Assembly: GCF_009914755.1 (NCBI RefSeq) | Contig: NC_060935.1 | Direction: 5' to 3' (one strand) | DNA: 64,000 nucleotides | Origin: the human T2T-CHM13v2.0 reference genome, Homo sapiens | Shown: positions 59,297 through 64,000 of the stretch, piece by piece | Numbering within the stretch: the stretch's first letter is position 1 | Layout: the number at the start of each line of letters is the position of its first letter | The notes under the pieces: model-generated | The model's input: the letters and a program-made list of their open reading frames with translations, nothing else | What the model was told of the DNA's origin: nothing | Database searches by the model: none | Position numbers and translations under genes: made by a program

Positions 59297-59889
59297 GGCT
59301 GGGTTCATAGATTTCTCTGCAATAGTATTAAATTGATATTTGGTTAGTTCAAGGAATATTTAAAGTTGGATACAAAGGAAAACTTTTATATTTGGGTTAT
59401 GTGTCTTGGCCTATCCGCGGATCAGTCTTTCTGGTAGGAGAATAATTCACTCACTATAGGAGAATAATAAAATTAACCTTGTGGTTGGGGAATAGACTAT
59501 TTTACCAAAATTACACTGAGTTATGGAGAAACAAGCTTTCCTGGAGAGACAAAAAGTATCTTACAGGCAGAGAGTTGCAGCAAACAGCTTTTGGCACGTA
59601 GAAGTAACTACTGAAGGGATGTCAGGAGGGCACTAATAACATTTGTACAGTTTACTCTTTGCATGGCCCACTGGTGCTTCACATTTTTTCCACTCTGACC
59701 TGTATCTGATTTTTCAAGAGACTGGCCTATAACAATTTCTAAATAAAATAAAAAAACAAAGGGCTTAAAACAACAGAGAATTTTCAATACCCTTGGCCAG
59801 AACGTCTTTTGCGTAAGGGTGCTTCTACCCAAGTTTAACACTGGCCACAAAAGCACCAAAACGGTCTTTTCAAAATCCTTGAGCTCAGT

Positions 59890-61240
59890 CACATTTTGTT
59901 ATGTGCCTAGTGATAATCAGGGTCAATTAACCCTGCCAGCCCATTGACCTATCCCCTTGCCTGTTAGCTTGAAGAGCTAACCAGGTATAGTCATAGACTT
60001 ACATTTACTGGAACACTGGTTGTGTCTGCTCCCTCATAGAGAAATCAGAAATTCTAGTCCATCTAAAACTTCAAGGATGAGAAGCAAACATTTCTAAATG
60101 GTTCACTGAGAATGGTGATAAAATATGTCATTCCGAGTTTTTACCCTCGGTTCCCTCACCCATGAATTCTAACTATCAGGATGAAAGCAACATTTATTAA
60201 AATCCCTATTCCACAGGGCATGATGACCAAGGTGGCAAGTAAGTTATGCCTTTAAGGTCATTTCCATATTTCGTCATGCTGGAAGTTTTTGGGTTCTGTG
60301 GTGTATGGTAGAACTGTACACCACATGATTATTTAAATATTGTCTCACTTCCTTTGCTATAAAGTGGAAATGAAACATGACAATAATTCAGATATTTTTT
60401 GAGAACTCAGGCCAGAGTAACTTTGGCAATCTCCATGCATTCGGTCTCATAGATACATGTTTCCAATGAGGAAAATCACTGGAAAGAATTATACCTTCCA
60501 AAGTGGAAATGGTAAAAATAATCAACTTGCCAGTGGTGGATCTCTTAGAGAACAGTACAGCATCCAGAGATGAACATCAGTTTATGCTGCTAACACTTTG
60601 AACATTCACTAGCTACTTCTGTGCTGGTTAAAGGGAGCCTGTGATATTGAATCATGCATAGCCTCCACTTTCTCACCATGGCTACTGTTTTAACAAGCCC
60701 AGTAGTGAAAGCCCTTGCGTGATCAGAGCCAGAGAGTGGCTAAAATCCACTGGCCCAGCAATTTTGTTCAAATAGTCATTCAATGCCTTCTCTGTACTGG
60801 GTATTTTTTGGTGGGCATTGCCATGAGAAGTAAAGATTTACACACTGTTTGTCCATTCCTATAGGTCCAATCACATGCTTCTTTCCTGGACCTCTTTGTC
60901 TGTCATTTTCTATTCATATTACTTCTAAGACAATAAATAATTAGCAAAGACAGTGGACGGAAGTTTGTCTCTCTCTTGACCTGGGCCATTTCTACCACTC
61001 CATCACGATGATGAATAGGTGTACTGCTCAAGCCTCTGCCACTGAGATACTTCTCACTGCCCGTCATTGGACGAGAACTGGTCCCGGGACCCCAGCTGCC
61101 TGGGGCTTCTGGCTTGTCCTGTTTGCAGTGTTTCCATTGGTTAGAATAAAATCATTCAGCTGTAGAATCACAAGTGTACTCAGTAAGCAGTCTAGGCATG
61201 TAGACATAATTTCTAGGGGATTATTGGCAGGGCACTAATA
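59890..61240 (-). mobile_element. ERVL/MLT-internal pol remnant (RNase H and integrase), decayed
   Basis: Minus-strand peptides WQVDY (60518-60532), HGNAHQ (60808-60825), SHG (~60680) and an SQW..AVH-like stretch (~61020-61050), all typical of ERVL pol; many stops and frameshifts. Confidence 0.75.
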
Positions 61241-61301
61241 GTCTCTGCTTAAGCAGGCAAAATCTTTAAATCTGCTTCCTACATGTCTCCAATTTATCTC
61301 C

Positions 61302-61743
61302 TGTGTAAGTTAATTTTATGTGTCAAATGGACTGGGTGACAGAGTGCCCAGATACTAGGTTAACATTATTCTGGGTTGTCTGTGAGGGTGTTTCTGGATG
61401 AGAATAACATTTGAATCATTAGACTGAGTAAAGCAGATTGTCCTCCACAGTGTGGATGGGCTTCATCCAATCCACTGGAGGCCTGAATAGAAGAAAAAGT
61501 AAAAGAAGAGGGACTTCACTCTCTCTGCTTATTTTCAAGTTCGGACATCAGTCTTCTGCACCCGAAGTGGCATTTGCATCATTGGTTCTTCTGATTCTCA
61601 GGCCTTTGAACTGGTATTAGAACAACACCCCTGGCTCTTCTAGTTCTCCAGCTTGCAGACAACAGATTGTGGGATTTTGCCTCTATAATTACATGAGAAA
61701 ACTCCCTAAAATCAGTCTCTTTCTCTCTCTCTCTCTCTCTGCA

Positions 61744-61796
<53 letters not shown>

Positions 61797-61846
61797 AATT
61801 TCTTTCTCCTATTGGTCTGTTTCTCTATATAACCCTAACTAATACA
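61302..61846 (+). mobile_element. ERVL solo LTR (MLT2B/C/D-like) with (CT)n(GT)n tract
   Basis: ttaattttatgtgtcaa..agactgagtaaagcagattg..cctattggtctgtttctct..aaccctaactaataca. Confidence 0.9.
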
Positions 61847-62059
61847 TTTGCTAAATGTCCCTTACTTTCAGAAAAGCTGTGCATTTGATGGGAAACACCT
61901 GTCTCTCACTCTCATCCCCCCCCCACTTACCCCTAATTCCTATCTTCATAATCTATTTGATTTGATGATTGCCTCACTGAAGTTAATTGTCCTTCTTTAC
62001 AAACCATTAATGCTTGGTTTCCCTTCTCTAATGGCACTTAACAGATCTGATATGGTGAT

Positions 62060-62245
62060 AAGTATTTTTCAACTATGTTATAACAATCACTACATACATG
62101 CATTTATTGCAAATATACTATATTCTTCTTAAACACAAGAATTGTTTTTTACTCATCTCTGTGTCTCACATACCTAAATGAGTACCTAGCGCAAAGTTAG
62201 CATTACTTTAATAAAAATTTGCTGAGTTATTTTGAATGGAATAAT
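62060..62245 (+). mobile_element. L2 3' end
   Basis: actcatctctgtgtctc..gtacctagcgcaaag..aataaaaatttgctgag. Confidence 0.5.
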
Positions 62246-63735
62246 CTATCATTATTACCTTCCTTAAGGCAACAAAGGCAAAATTAAGCACAGAGTAGTT
62301 AATGAAAATTATCTGTTGCATTGAGTATATTTAAAAATCCTGAGCTTTATATTTTTTTCCTCTCAGACTTTGAGTCAACTTTGGTTCTCTTTTAATTTCT
62401 CATAGCCACATAAAACAAGTCCAAAAAAATTGTTTATTTTGAAGTTCTACCACTGGTCAATAAAAGTCAATGTAAGAAATATTAAAGTGGGTGGAAAGCT
62501 TCATGTGCTATTGATTGTTGCGCAGTTGGATAAACACCGTGATACAGAATGTTTAATGACATAGCAAAAAGATATATAATGGAGCAGAATATCCAGCTAG
62601 ATTCTGTTTTGAAGTTATGATTATCTGATACCTTCATGACCCTTAAGTCCAGTGTTAACGATACATTTTTATATAGGGTTAAAACCATTTTTTCAAACAA
62701 TATTGGGAAGTTGGACTCCACATCCTTAAGCACATGATCCTTCTACATCAAATGATTCTCCTTTTACCCTACCCCAGACTCTCAGGTAGGTAGAGATTAT
62801 TGATCTCTTTGGTATGTTTTGTGGAAGCCAAGCCCCAAGACAGACAAGCAGCTCTCAAACCACAGCAGCAACATAATCAGGATCCTTCCTTATGATTAGA
62901 TCAAAAGACAAGTACCTACAATATTAACCCTGAAAATAGTTAGTCATTTAAAATAATATAAAATACCAAATTTCATATGCAAAATTATCAAACAGCTATA
63001 AGATATGAGGCATTGTGGTAAAAATTGCATAGCAGACACCATGTCTTAATAATATTGCCCCTAATTATTTGCCTTAGACCTGTTGAGGCACCTCCTAACA
63101 CTCTGCCAACACCTGCCCTACCATGTGCCTTGCAGTTTTGTATTTCATTTTTACTTCTCAATTTTTCTTATCCCTATGTTACTACTTTTACTGTACTTTC
63201 TTCTTATCCATACTTACCATTTATATATTCACTTACAATTATCCTCTCTGATGATGATCCCTTTTTATCATATCTTAAGGAAAAGTCTGTATTTATTTAG
63301 GCCCCAAAGCTACCCTCATAACTGGAATGTTATCTTGTATGGTCTTGAAAGCAATTCTGTGGATATGGCAGATCCATTGTGCTTCTTCTTCTTCATATTT
63401 GGAAATAGAAGCTCAAAATTAAGTAATTTAGCTAATGTTAAAAATATTTTAATAACACAGGATAAGGAATCAGATCTTTCCATTTTCAGCCATACTTATG
63501 ATTGATTTCTGAGTCTCCAGAATCTTGCTTAATGTTTGGCATATGAATGTACAGTAAAGTATATGTTTTGTTAATAATATATAAAAAACAAGTAAAAATG
63601 GAATAAACCTCAGAACTTTTGCTCAGCTGTTTATCCATGTTTTATTTCTCTTTTATTTTGTAAATGTCACTGTTCAACATAAAATGTAACTTACTATTCT
63701 TTGTGTCAAGGAAAATATAGCAAAGTGGTTTAGAT

Positions 63736-63830
63736 CAGTTGTCTTCAAAGTGAGGTGCTTGCTTACCAGGAGATCTTTAAGACATACTATTATAGTGCAG
63801 GACAAATATATTAGAAGTTTAGACATACTT
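63736..63830 (+). mobile_element. hAT-Charlie MER (MER113-like) 5' end
   Basis: cagttgtcttcaaagtgaggtgc..ccagg..gtgcaggacaaatatattagaa. Confidence 0.55.
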
Positions 63831-63884
63831 TTAAAAAATGTTTTATTATATTTTTGGTTTATTGTTTTTTAAAAATATCTTAAA

Positions 63885-63930
63885 TTTTTATTTTTATTTC
63901 AATAGCTTTAGGGGTAAAAGTGGTTTTTAA
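63885..63930 (-). mobile_element. L1PB extreme 3' end
   Basis: tttttatttcaatagctttaggggtaaaagtggttttt. Confidence 0.5.
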
Positions 63931-64000
63931 CCATAATTTTTATCAGTAAAATAACATAAATTGTTTAAAAAGTCAAATGACACCAAAAGAGCTTTAATGA

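Overview
AT-rich primate genomic DNA, almost certainly human given an AluYa5-lineage element. It looks intergenic or deep-intronic. I find no protein-coding gene, RNA gene or CpG island; every ORF in the track is explained by Alu, L1 or simple-repeat sequence or by chance. Much of the window is interspersed repeat: 19 Alus or Alu fragments, L1PA/PB/M pieces, HAL1, L2, MIR, MaLR and ERVL LTRs, an ERVL-type pol remnant, Tigger3 and a MER113-like element. The most unusual structures are (1) an L1PB insertion bracketed by a ~110-bp direct duplication, one copy of which was later split by an Alu, (2) a twin-primed (5'-inverted) L1PA with a TSD, carrying a tail-less Alu, (3) a near-pristine AluYa5-like insertion, (4) several well-formed + strand non-coding exon candidates, and (5) non-B-DNA-prone tracts. 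I see no convincing evidence of a new biological system. Subfamily names come from recalled consensus features, and boundaries of old elements are approximate.
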